Shown: piece by piece, positions 10,791 through 19,915 of the stretch | How the letters are laid out: every line of letters begins with the position of its first letter | Numbering within the stretch: position 1 is the first letter of the stretch | Assembly (NCBI GenBank): GCA_044006015.1 | Contig: JBIPDF010000002.1 | Coordinates: 24,666-88,665, forward strand | Length of the DNA stretch: 64,000 bases | Reading direction: 5' to 3' | Source of the DNA: Heteroscytonema crispum UTEX LB 1556 | GTDB taxonomy: Bacteria > Cyanobacteriota > Cyanobacteriia > Cyanobacteriales > Nostocaceae | The notes under the pieces: model-generated | What the model was told of the DNA's origin: nothing | What the model saw: only the letters and a program-made list of their open reading frames with translations | Databases searched by the model: none | Made by a program: the position numbers and the translations under genes

Positions 10791-11687
10791 TTGTTAATTA
10801 TATCAACTAAAAAAATCCCAATATTAATTTTTGTTGCACTACTTGTTTTTTGTCTAAAATTTATGTTTGTACCCAAAACTTCAATTTCAAGTGTTGATAA
10901 AATCAACCAATTTTATATCTTTGGTGACAGCTTATCAGATGTTGGCAACATATTCCAAGCCACTAATAGAGTTTATCCCCCTAACCCTCCTTACTTTAAA
11001 GGGCGTTATTCCAATGGTTTAGTGTGGGTAGAATATTTTGCTTCAAAGCTGGCATTAACTCCTAAACAAATCATTAACTTTGCCTATGGTGGCGCAACTA
11101 CAGCAACAGTTAGCAGTAATGGAATACCAGGTTTATTGGGGCAGGTTTATAATTTTACCAAAGCATATCCAGATGTAGATCCGAATGCACTCTATATAAT
11201 TTGGGCTGGTGCTAACGACTATCTTTATGATGTGACAAATCCGGCAATACCAGTTGAAAATTTATCAAGGGCAATCCAATCTTTATCTCAAGCAGGGGCT
11301 AAGAAAATTTTGGTTGGTAATTTACCAGATTTGGGAAATATTCCAGCCACGCGTAACAGTTCAAAATCTAGCGCTTTGAGTGCAGTTAGTGACGCCCATA
11401 ATCGTGGTTTAGCAGAGTCGTTAGATGTGCTTCAAAACAAGTTTGGTTCTCATACAAAAATTATTCAATTTGATGCACATTCCCTTTATCAAGAAGCTAT
11501 CTCCAACCCCCAAAAATTTGGTTTCACAAATGTAACTAATGCTTGTCTATCCAATTTTGCTAGCTGCGATAATTCAAACAAGTTTTTGTTTTGGGATGGT
11601 ATTCACCCCACAACTGCAGCTCATGAAATTTTGGCTGAAACAGCTTTAAAAAACCTCAATTTGCAGCTTTCATTGCAACATAATTAA
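10791..11687 (+). CDS. Secreted SGNH/GDSL-family lipase/acylhydrolase
   Basis: N-terminal hydrophobic signal/TM segment, then FGDSLSDVGN (GDSL block I with catalytic Ser). A C-terminal WDGIHPT (DxxH block V) is also present. Confidence 0.8.
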   Translation: MLIISTKKIPILIFVALLVFCLKFMFVPKTSISSVDKINQFYIFGDSLSDVGNIFQATNRVYPPNPPYFKGRYSNGLVWVEYFASKLALTPKQIINFAYGGATTATVSSNGIPGLLGQVYNFTKAYPDVDPNALYIIWAGANDYLYDVTNPAIPVENLSRAIQSLSQAGAKKILVGNLPDLGNIPATRNSSKSSALSAVSDAHNRGLAESLDVLQNKFGSHTKIIQFDAHSLYQEAISNPQKFGFTNVTNACLSNFASCDNSNKFLFWDGIHPTTAAHEILAETALKNLNLQLSLQHN

Positions 11688-11845
11688 AGCTGATTATATC
11701 TCAATACGGTTGAGTTAAGCATTTTTGGTGAGATTTGGAGATTTGTAGAGACGCGTTCATGAACGAGTTTTTCTTAAATCCAGAGAATTTTTGAGTTAAA
11801 CGTTCTCTTAATGCCGCAGCATGAGCATTAAATGGTGAAATTACA

Positions 11846-12000
11846 CCTATATCTTATCGGGATAAGCACAGAGTTCTGGGTCAATTAAAGCAGCATAAAT
11901 TGCTTGAGTATCTTTTACTGTTACTGGTAGAGACAAGTCACGATAAGCTGACTCGCCAACCCCAATTAATAATGCATAGCCGTTAATAAATTTATCGCTC
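11846..12000 (-). pseudogene. 51-codon ORF resembling the N-terminus of a caspase/CHAT-type peptidase domain; probably a truncated remnant
   Basis: MSDKFINGYALLIGVGESAYRDLSLPVTVKDTQAIYAALIDPELCAYPDKI then stop. The YALLIGV..Y...L......D block is typical of the first strand/helix of caspase-fold proteins, but the rest of the domain is absent. Confidence 0.3.
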
Positions 12001-12026
12001 ATTTTCTTCTCACCCCATCAAATTTG

Positions 12027-13085
12027 TTATTCTTCGTAGCGACTGACGCGGAAAATTACATAATTGTAAGGAAGCGTATAACTATTATCTCTATTGACAA
12101 TCGCGCCCATCTCTGGTTTGTAAACCCATTGTTTCCAATCAATTGCGATTTCATTAGAAACCTGTACCGCAATATAATTTCCCTCGGCTAGGCGACACCC
12201 CATAGCCGAATTTTCAAAGTCCAATCCCAGAAAAAATTTCTGTACAGCAACATTTTTATTGCGTTGCGCCAGTAATTTTACTACTCCCAAAGTAATTTCT
12301 GTAAAAGGCGCGATCGCTGGTTGGGCTGTTGTTAAAAGTTTGAGTCCACTTTGAAAAGGTGAAGATTCTAATGCTGCTAATATTGTCTGGTCTTCCTCAT
12401 TTTTAACGTTCACCGTCGAGCATTCAAAGGCTACTCCCTGAGAACCCACATTTAAACCAATAAACACAGGGTAGCCAGAAATACCAGCAGACTGTCCCTC
12501 TTGTACGCGGTAAGTTTGGCTGAAGCTGACTGACTCTTGCGTGTCGGCTACTTGATTGCGGACAGCAAAAGTAACCATAACATTGTGCGTACCTTCCCCA
12601 GGATACTTTTCAATATGCAAGCGATCGAGACGAATGTTGATGCGGCTGTTTTTGAGAGTATTATCGGGTTCAATTGCGCTGGGATGTTCGATGGGTTGAG
12701 ACTTCATTAAACCTGATTTACGAGGTGCAATGTAGCCAAATTTATGCGTTGTATACATCCAGGGTTGGTCATGGACTAAGTTTAAAAACTTTAAAATCCC
12801 TTTGTCATACAAAGTTGCGGTCAAAAGTAACCCTTTGGGCGATGGGTGGTGGGGTGGTGGGGTGATATTGTTCTCCCTATCTCCCCATCTCCCTATCTCC
12901 CCATCTCCCGATGCCTCAGTTACTATTTTTGAATGCAACTTAGTATCACCCTGTTCTAGATTAGTATCTCCCACAACATCGCTCTTGACATCGGGGTCTT
13001 TCATCTGTTGCAGCTTTGCAGCTATCCATTTAGGGTCTTCGGATTCGCCAATAACCTTGATGTCATCGAATACACTACTGAACAC
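12027..13085 (-). CDS. Hypothetical protein, no recognisable domain; disordered N-terminus (~90 aa) partly encoded by an STRR array
   Basis: Long ORF with plausible cyanobacterial codon usage. Positions 12840-12900 (ggtggtggggtgg...ccccatctccctatctcc) encode PPPHHPSPKG...GDGEIGRWGD. It lies 27 nt upstream of the caspase-like fragment on the same strand. Confidence 0.6.
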   Translation of the reverse strand: MFSSVFDDIKVIGESEDPKWIAAKLQQMKDPDVKSDVVGDTNLEQGDTKLHSKIVTEASGDGEIGRWGDRENNITPPPHHPSPKGLLLTATLYDKGILKFLNLVHDQPWMYTTHKFGYIAPRKSGLMKSQPIEHPSAIEPDNTLKNSRINIRLDRLHIEKYPGEGTHNVMVTFAVRNQVADTQESVSFSQTYRVQEGQSAGISGYPVFIGLNVGSQGVAFECSTVNVKNEEDQTILAALESSPFQSGLKLLTTAQPAIAPFTEITLGVVKLLAQRNKNVAVQKFFLGLDFENSAMGCRLAEGNYIAVQVSNEIAIDWKQWVYKPEMGAIVNRDNSYTLPYNYVIFRVSRYEE

Positions 13086-13350
13086 TTTGCTCTCCTATTG
13101 GGAAATATAAATTTTTACGCTTCACATATTATTTTTATCTAAGTGTTTATACGGTTATCTAACTGTTAAATTGTAATGTGTGTAATAATCAAGACTAATT
13201 GTCAAGTGTATTTTCTTTAGATTTATATAGAAACCGTTCTTCTCTTCGTTTGTGCCCTTTGTGGTTCGTTACATCAACATTACTTTTACAAATTATTTAG
13301 GAATCCCATAGCATCCACTTGTATTCAGCAATAACCATAACCATGGTAGA

Positions 13351-14190
13351 CGCAAATGAGTTTCGATGATCGCTTAAATGCTATTTTCGACCGTTTTATT
13401 AATCATCAAGCAACCGAGGCTGATAAGCAAACCCTGCGGCAATTAATACGTGCAGGCGACGGGAAAAATGCAATACAGTTAGGTAAGAATATTGTCAATA
13501 AGTAGGAAGGCACAAAAAAACCGAAGTATGTAACAAAAAGTAAAGTTACCTGAAAACCCCTTCCCTTCTGCCTTCTGCCCCCTACCCTCTGCCTTGTCTT
13601 AACGATAAATATTCATGCCCACCTACTTATCGCTGAAGGTAGAGATATTCAAATAGGCGATCGCACTTACTACGGCACAGACGCCGAAGCCATTAAGGAA
13701 GCACTGCGTTCGATTCTACAAGAGAACCAAACTCAAAAGCCCATAAATTGCCCAAAATACATCCCTTATAGCGGCGTTCGCCAATTTGTGGGACGCGAAA
13801 AAGAACTTACCAACCCTCCACCAACAATTACAACAACCCCGCACCGTGGCGATTTCCGCCGTCGCGGGAATGGGTGGTGTGGGAAAAACCGAGTTGGCGA
13901 TTAAATACGCTCTTGAACACCAAGCTAATTACCCTGGTGGTATTTGCTGGTTAAATGCAATAACAGAAAATTTAGAAGCGGAGATTGTGCAATTTGCCTC
14001 ACTGAACATGAATTTGAAAGTTCCCCAAAAGTTGAACGAAAAACCACTCTCCCAAGGACGGTACAGCGAAGCCGAACCTTTGTATATCCAAGCTTTAAAT
14101 ATTTGTTCGCAGGTTCTCGGCGAAAATCATCCCAATGCCCAAGTTATCGCCCAAAATTATATCATTTGCTCATTTGCTGTGCCGAGATGA
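13351..14190 (+). pseudogene. Decayed NB-ARC (STAND NTPase)/TPR-type signalling protein remnant, interrupted by an STRR and frameshifts
   Basis: Frame A (13351-13505): MSFDDRLNAIF...GKNIVNK then stop, followed by the STRR ccccttcccttctgccttctgccc. Another frame reads IAEGRDIQIGDRTYYG...FVGREKELT. Frame C (ORF 13786..14190) reads LQQPRTVAISAVAGMGGVGKTELAIKYA (P-loop of NB-ARC) and jumps directly to a TPR-like ...SEAEPLYIQAL...LGENHPN. Confidence 0.55.
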
Positions 14191-14337
14191 AAAAGCGTAA
14201 TTCCTGCTGGGGGAGGCTTTTGGGTTTTATATTTAGATTTTAGATTTTCGAGCCAATCGCGTGCGCGGGTTAAGAGGATGTCGCCAATTCGCTAGAATTT
14301 GCCGCACTATACTGACAATAATTATTTAATGTACAAA

Positions 14338-14410
14338 TGGAGCTAAGCGGATTCGAACCGCTGACCCCCTCAATGCCATTGAGGTGCTCTACCAACTGAG
14401 CTATAACCCC
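14338..14410 (-). tRNA. tRNA-Ala (anticodon GGC)
   Basis: The reverse complement GGGGTTATAGCTCAGTTGGTAGAGCACCTCAATGGCATTGAGGGGGTCAGCGGTTCGAATCCGCTTAGCTCCA folds as a cloverleaf. It has a 7-bp acceptor stem with the G3:U70 Ala identity pair, discriminator A73, anticodon loop AT-GGC-AT, and a T-loop GGTTCGAATCC. CCA is not encoded. Confidence 0.9.
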
Positions 14411-14622
14411 TTGCCGTGCATTATTAATGCTACCTTAATATTCTTAAAAAGTCAAGTAGTCTCTATAAAACGTAAACCACACCCAAAAAGAAAATTTTTC
14501 TTTTCTGCTCTATAACGCTGACTTATACTCGTGTTTGCCGTAGTTGTTGGCAACGTTAATAAGCCAGAAAATGCTCTTTACAGAGAAAGCAACTCCTCAG
14601 GATTTAGGAATAAAAAGATTTT

Positions 14623-14814
14623 CTAAGAAAGTTGCAATAAATAGGTCATGCAGTGCCCCATTAAAAAGTACACCACTAACATGGCAGCAGCTGCAATAGC
14701 AACTAATGTTCCAGCCAACATAAAGGAAAACTCTCGATACTGGAAGGCTTTCTCCATTAGGTGCAGCGACCAAGCTACTAGCGCTACATCAAAAACTAAA
14801 ATAGGTATCAACAT
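14623..14814 (-). CDS. Possible small two-TM membrane protein (63 aa)
   Basis: Two hydrophobic stretches in the ORF translation. It lies downstream of hisF on the same strand. No recognisable family. Confidence 0.25.
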   Translation of the reverse strand: MLIPILVFDVALVAWSLHLMEKAFQYREFSFMLAGTLVAIAAAAMLVVYFLMGHCMTYLLQLS

Positions 14815-14914
14815 ATTTCTTAATATTTATTAATATCTGTAAATTGATATTAACATCGTTTTGGGAATCTGTGTGTAAGAAGCATTATGGATGTGGTTAG
14901 ATGATGACTTAAAG

Positions 14915-15688
14915 TTAGGAGACTATTCGGACTGGTACAGAACGATCGCGCAAATGATTTTTAATTTCTGCGACGCTTAATTGTCCGTAATGTAAAAGCG
15001 ATGCGAGTAAAGCGGCTTCGGCTTTACCTTCTGTGAGTGCGGCGTGGATATGTTCGCATGTTCCGGCGCCACCGGATGCAACAACTGGAATGTTAACAGC
15101 AAGAGCGATCGCTCGCGTTAACTCTATGTCATAACCTGCTTGAGTGCCATCGGCGTCCATACTAGTTACTAGCAGTTCACCTGCTCCTCGTTGTTCAACT
15201 TCTTTCGCCCAAAGTAAGGCGTCTAAGCCTGTATTTTCTCGTCCGCCCCGGACATATACATCCCAACCTGGGTTATTGGCATCCGATCGTTTTCTGGCAT
15301 CAATCGCGACGACGATGCATTGATTGCCAAAGCGATCGCTTGCTCGATTAATTAAATCTGGTTGACGCACCGCCGCAGAATTAATACTAACCTTATCAGC
15401 TCCACATCGTAATAAAGCTTTAACATTTTCTAAGGTTTGTATTCCACCGCCCACAGTCAATGGAATGAAGACCTGCTCTGCAGTTCGGTAAACTACGTCC
15501 AAAATAGTATCCCGGTCTTCATGAGTGGCTGTAATATCCAGAAACACTAATTCATCTGCACCAGCCTCGTTGTAAACCTTAGCCAGTTCTACCGGATCGC
15601 CTGCATCCTTAAGGTCAACAAAGTTAACTCCTTTTACAACCCTGCCCGCCTTGACATCCAAGCACGGTAAGATTCTTTTAGCTAGCAT
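14915..15688 (-). CDS. hisF: Imidazole glycerol phosphate synthase, cyclase subunit HisF
   Basis: [23 protein letters not shown]...[13 protein letters not shown]...LTVGGGI...VVASGGAG. Classic HisF (beta/alpha)8 motifs; 257 aa. Confidence 0.9.
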   Translation of the reverse strand: MLAKRILPCLDVKAGRVVKGVNFVDLKDAGDPVELAKVYNEAGADELVFLDITATHEDRDTILDVVYRTAEQVFIPLTVGGGIQTLENVKALLRCGADKVSINSAAVRQPDLINRASDRFGNQCIVVAIDARKRSDANNPGWDVYVRGGRENTGLDALLWAKEVEQRGAGELLVTSMDADGTQAGYDIELTRAIALAVNIPVVASGGAGTCEHIHAALTEGKAEAALLASLLHYGQLSVAEIKNHLRDRSVPVRIVS

Positions 15689-15847
15689 AACAACTCCTGC
15701 ACTCCTGAGTAATTACCCGGAATTTAAATTTTAAAGCCCGCGAGCGTATTTCAAAACGAAAATATTCGCACCAGTATTTTGGCTTAAAAAACCGAGAAAT
15801 GCTGTTTTTACGCGGTAATCGCTCTCATAAAAGTCCTAAAGTCAAAG

Positions 15848-16966
15848 TTGATAGCAGCAATTATGGCGATAATTTCCTCAAAAAAACAGCCTCAAGAACC
15901 CAGCAAAGAACCCAAGCAGCGCCGGGAGTCTCCCCCAAAACCACCTTCTGGGGAAAACCTTTTACAAGCTGAAGCTGCTGTTGATGAACAAGATAAGCAG
16001 GAAGAAAGTATTCGACCGCAGCGATTTGAGGATTATATTGGGCAAAAAGATTTAAAGGATGTACTCTCAATCGCCATCTCTGCAGCCAAGTCTCGCGGTG
16101 AAGTCCTGGATCACTTGCTGCTGTACGGTCCTCCCGGTTTGGGCAAGACCACAATGGCAATGATTTTAGCATCTGAAATGGGCGTTAACTTCAAAATTAC
16201 CAGTGCGCCAGCCCTAGAACGTCCGCGTGATATTGTCGGGTTGCTGGTGAATTTGAAGCCGGGAGATATTTTATTTATTGATGAGATTCATCGCTTATCA
16301 CGAATGACAGAAGAAATCCTCTATCCGGCGATGGAAGATTATCGTTTAGATATTACAGTTGGCAAAGGTTCCAGCGCTCGCATTCGGAGTTTGCCGCTGT
16401 CTAAGTATACTTTGGTGGGAGCTACAACCCGCGCCGGTGCTTTGACTTCACCATTACGCGATCGCTTTGGTTTAATTCAAAAACTGCGATTTTACGAAGT
16501 TAACGAACTCAGCCAAATTGTATTGCGAACCGCCCAGTTACTCCAAACTCCCATTGCCGAAGATGGTGCTGCAGAAATTGCCCGTCGGGCGCGAGGAACG
16601 CCACGCATAGCAAACAGGCTACTTAAAAGAGTGCGTGATTATGCGGAGGTAAAAAAGTCGGGGGAGATTACTGAAGTTGCTGCATCTGAAGCATTGCAGC
16701 TATTTCAAGTAGACCCTTGTGGCTTGGATTGGACAGACCGCAAAATGTTGAGTGTAATAATTGAACATTTTAATGGCGGTCCCGTGGGATTGGAAACCAT
16801 AGCGGCGGCGACGGGAGAAGATACGCAAACGATAGAAGAAGTGTATGAACCATATCTCATGCAAATAGGCTATTTAAGTCGGACTCCGCGCGGTCGGGTA
16901 GCGACACCTGCAGCTTACAAGCATATGGGTTTTAAGCCGCCTAACGAGCAGTTGTCATTGTTGTAA
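15848..16966 (+). CDS. ruvB: Holliday junction branch-migration ATPase RuvB
   Basis: [24 protein letters not shown] (Walker A), [10 protein letters not shown] (Walker B), and a C-terminal winged-helix region. The N-terminal extension may begin at a later Met. Confidence 0.9.
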   Translation: MIAAIMAIISSKKQPQEPSKEPKQRRESPPKPPSGENLLQAEAAVDEQDKQEESIRPQRFEDYIGQKDLKDVLSIAISAAKSRGEVLDHLLLYGPPGLGKTTMAMILASEMGVNFKITSAPALERPRDIVGLLVNLKPGDILFIDEIHRLSRMTEEILYPAMEDYRLDITVGKGSSARIRSLPLSKYTLVGATTRAGALTSPLRDRFGLIQKLRFYEVNELSQIVLRTAQLLQTPIAEDGAAEIARRARGTPRIANRLLKRVRDYAEVKKSGEITEVAASEALQLFQVDPCGLDWTDRKMLSVIIEHFNGGPVGLETIAAATGEDTQTIEEVYEPYLMQIGYLSRTPRGRVATPAAYKHMGFKPPNEQLSLL

Positions 16967-16983
16967 TCAGGAAGAGGAGAGGG

Positions 16984-17180
16984 GGCAATGGGCAATGGGC
17001 AATGGGCAATGGGCAATGGGCAATGGGCAATGGGCAATGGGCAATGGGCAATGGGGCAGAAGGAATGAACTGCCTACCTCACTTCACTACCCATGAAAAT
17101 CCGTCTTTCCCATCCCTAATACCCAATGCCCCATGCCCGATGCCCAATGCCCAATGCCCGATGCCCAATGCCCAATGCCT
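16984..17180. repeat. Inverted pair of STRR arrays: GGGCAAT x~10, then CCCAATG/CCCGATG heptamers after a ~65 bp spacer
   Basis: Read directly. It lies between the ruvB stop (16966) and the start of the TPR gene (17228). ORF 17002..17184 is a repeat translation. Confidence 0.9.
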
Positions 17181-17227
17181 ATGATAAATTGTGGATTTCA
17201 ACCACAGATGGACACAGGTAAACTCAG

Positions 17228-18034
17228 ATGATGAAGTTAATTGCGATTGTTTTAAGTCTGTTGCTTGTGTTTGGCTGGGGTAAGCCAGTCATGGCACAAT
17301 CTCAACAGCCCCAATTTACTGAAGAACAGTTACAATTCGGGGATAAATTGGCGAAACAGGCTTTTGAAGCTACTAATAGGGGTGATTTCGCCACAGCTGA
17401 ACAGTACTGGACTGAGATTATTGAAAAATTTCCTCAAAATCCAGCAATTTGGAGTAATCGGGGAAATTCTCGGGTAAGTCAAAATAAGTTGCAAGAGGCG
17501 CTAGCGGATTATAACAAAGCTGTCGAACTTGCGCCAAATGTGACCGACCCTTATTTAAATCGCGGTACGGCGTTAGAGGGTTTGGGAAAATGGGACGAGG
17601 CGATCGCTGATTACAATCGTGTTTTAGAATTAGATCCTAAGGATGCGATGGCATATAACAATCGCGGGAACGCTAAAGCCGGTTCGGGAAAATGGGATTT
17701 GGCGATCGCTGATTACAAAAAAGCGAATGAAATTGCCCCAAATTTTGCTTTCGCCCGTGCTAACTACGCCCTCGCCCTTTATGAAACCGGTCAAAAAGAC
17801 CAAGCCATTCGCGAGATGAGAAATATAGTCCGCAAATATCCCAAATTTGCAGATATGCGGGCGGCGCTAACTGCTGCATACTGGGTAAGCGGACAACCAG
17901 GCGAAGCTGAAAGTAACTGGGTCGCAGCTTATGGACTTGATAGCCGTTACAAAGATATTAATTGGGTAAAAAATGTGCGTCGTTGGCCCTCAAGTATGGT
18001 AGCGGCTTTGGATAAGTTTTTGAAACTGAAGTAG
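17228..18034 (+). CDS. Secreted/periplasmic TPR-repeat protein
   Basis: Signal peptide MMKLIAIVLSLLLVFGWGKPVMA, then several 34-aa TPR units (AxxYNNRGNA..G.WDxAIADYNKALELDP pattern). Confidence 0.8.
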   Translation: MMKLIAIVLSLLLVFGWGKPVMAQSQQPQFTEEQLQFGDKLAKQAFEATNRGDFATAEQYWTEIIEKFPQNPAIWSNRGNSRVSQNKLQEALADYNKAVELAPNVTDPYLNRGTALEGLGKWDEAIADYNRVLELDPKDAMAYNNRGNAKAGSGKWDLAIADYKKANEIAPNFAFARANYALALYETGQKDQAIREMRNIVRKYPKFADMRAALTAAYWVSGQPGEAESNWVAAYGLDSRYKDINWVKNVRRWPSSMVAALDKFLKLK

Positions 18035-18045
18035 AGGCATTTACC

Positions 18046-19431
18046 ATGAAATTACCTGATGGACCGAAAACTCCCTCTTGGTTGCAGTTATTACAGTGGG
18101 TTGCTGACCCTTTAAATTATATGGAAACTGCTTTCCAACGCTATGGAGATGTTTTTACCGTTCGCTGGGGTAGTATTTACCCAGAAGCGGTGTTCATCAG
18201 TAACCCGCAAGCAATTCAAGAAATTTTTACCGCTGACCCGAAGCTATTTGACTCCGGTCGAGGAAATGGACTGGGCAAAGTTTTTGTGGGAGAACACTCC
18301 ATGCTGTTGTTGGATGGATCTAGCCACCAGCGTCGGCGACGGCTGTTGACTCCCCCTTTTCATGGCGAACGGATGCAAGCTTATGGTGATTTGATTTGCA
18401 CCCTCGCCAAACAAATCAGCAATAAGTGGACAATTAACAAGCCCTTCTCTGTAAGAGAATCAATGCAAGAAATTAGTTTGCGCGTCATTTTGCAAGCAGT
18501 GTTTGGTCTTAATGAAGGACCGCGTTATGAAAAACTCAGACAACTGCTAGCAGCAATGATGGATTTGACAGCCTCTCCCTTAAGAGCATCTATGCTGTTT
18601 TTTAAGTTCTTGCAAAAGGATTTCGGGGCTTGGAGTCCGTGGGGATATTTTCGGCGTCAGCAGCAGCAAATTGATAGTCTACTCTACGCCGAAATTGACC
18701 AGAGACGTAGAGAAAACGACCCCAACCGCACTGATATTCTCTCCTTGATTATCTCAGCTCGCGATGAGCAAGGTGAAGGAATGACAGATGAAGAGTTGCG
18801 CGATGAATTGATAACTCTGCTGTTGGCTGGTCATGAAACTACAGCAACTTCCTTATGTTGGGCTTTATACTGGATTCACTACCAGCCCCAGGTAAGAGAA
18901 AAGTTACTCCAAGAACTCAATAGCCTAAGTGAAAATCCACAGCCTACAGATATTTTTCGCTTACCCTATCTAACTGCTGTCTGCCAAGAGATAATTCGGA
19001 TTTATCCGCCATTATTCCTTACCTGGCCCCGGATTTTAAAAGCTCCCTTAAAAGTGGGGGATTATGAATTTGATACTGATACCGTCCTACTGCCTTGTAT
19101 TTATCTTACCCATCACCGTGAGGATATTTACCCAGAAGCGAATCAGTTTAAACCGGAACGTTTTTTAGAACGGCAATATTCTCCTGGGGAATTTTTACCC
19201 TTTGGTGGGGGAAATCGTCGGTGTCTTGGTGCGGCATTGGCGATGTTTGAAATGAAGCTGGTATTGGCAACAATCCTATCAAATTATCAACTGGCGCTGG
19301 TTGATAACCGACCGGTGAAACCACGGCGGCGAGCCTTTTTTCTCGCCCCTGCTGCTGGGTTCAAGATGGTGATGACAGGTAGGCGCGTGGGTCAAGGGCA
19401 GCTCAATGAGCCTGTTGGTAGCTCAGTTTAA
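18046..19431 (+). CDS. Cytochrome P450 (CYP110-like, tentative family)
   Basis: Heme-binding loop FGGGNRRCLGAALAMFEMK (FxxGxRxCxG), ETLR-type ExxR motif (EIIRIYP), and I-helix AGHETTA. 461 aa. Confidence 0.9.
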   Translation: MKLPDGPKTPSWLQLLQWVADPLNYMETAFQRYGDVFTVRWGSIYPEAVFISNPQAIQEIFTADPKLFDSGRGNGLGKVFVGEHSMLLLDGSSHQRRRRLLTPPFHGERMQAYGDLICTLAKQISNKWTINKPFSVRESMQEISLRVILQAVFGLNEGPRYEKLRQLLAAMMDLTASPLRASMLFFKFLQKDFGAWSPWGYFRRQQQQIDSLLYAEIDQRRRENDPNRTDILSLIISARDEQGEGMTDEELRDELITLLLAGHETTATSLCWALYWIHYQPQVREKLLQELNSLSENPQPTDIFRLPYLTAVCQEIIRIYPPLFLTWPRILKAPLKVGDYEFDTDTVLLPCIYLTHHREDIYPEANQFKPERFLERQYSPGEFLPFGGGNRRCLGAALAMFEMKLVLATILSNYQLALVDNRPVKPRRRAFFLAPAAGFKMVMTGRRVGQGQLNEPVGSSV

Positions 19432-19915
19432 GGACTTGCAAAAAATAAATTATCCGTTCTTGTGCTTTGGTGGGCAATGCCCACCCTACTACTTGATACT
19501 AAATTCACTAGTATCCGTAGGTTGGGGAGCCACTGCGCCCTTAGGAGTTAAGAGCGTTGTAGCATGTGGCGTTAGAACGAAGACAAAGGAGGCGACTTCG
19601 CTCAAGAGTAGTGGAACCCAACATTTATATAGCTATAGCGGGTTCTCATTTGACTGGAATACACTCTTGTGGGGCGGGCGTCTCGCCCGCCCAGGACAGG
19701 CGAGACGCCTGTCCCACAAAAAAATATTGAGTGTATTGGACTCAACCCTTGAGGCGCTATATGTATTGGGTTAAGCTGCCGAAGTTCTGAGCGGAGGAAA
19801 CCGACCAAGAGACTTCTGTTTGCTTCACCCAACCTACAACTACTTCTATTTTCGGATGAAAGCAAGCTGAACGAATCTGGAGACAATACGGTAGTATCAG
19901 GATAATCCGAAATTT

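Noticed and set aside
19406-19774. 122-aa ORF in the spacer between the two P450 genes
   Set aside because: It overlaps the end of the first P450 and runs through the palindromic repeats (ggtgggcaatgcccaccc, gcgggcgtctcgcccgcc). It has atypical composition and no motif support.
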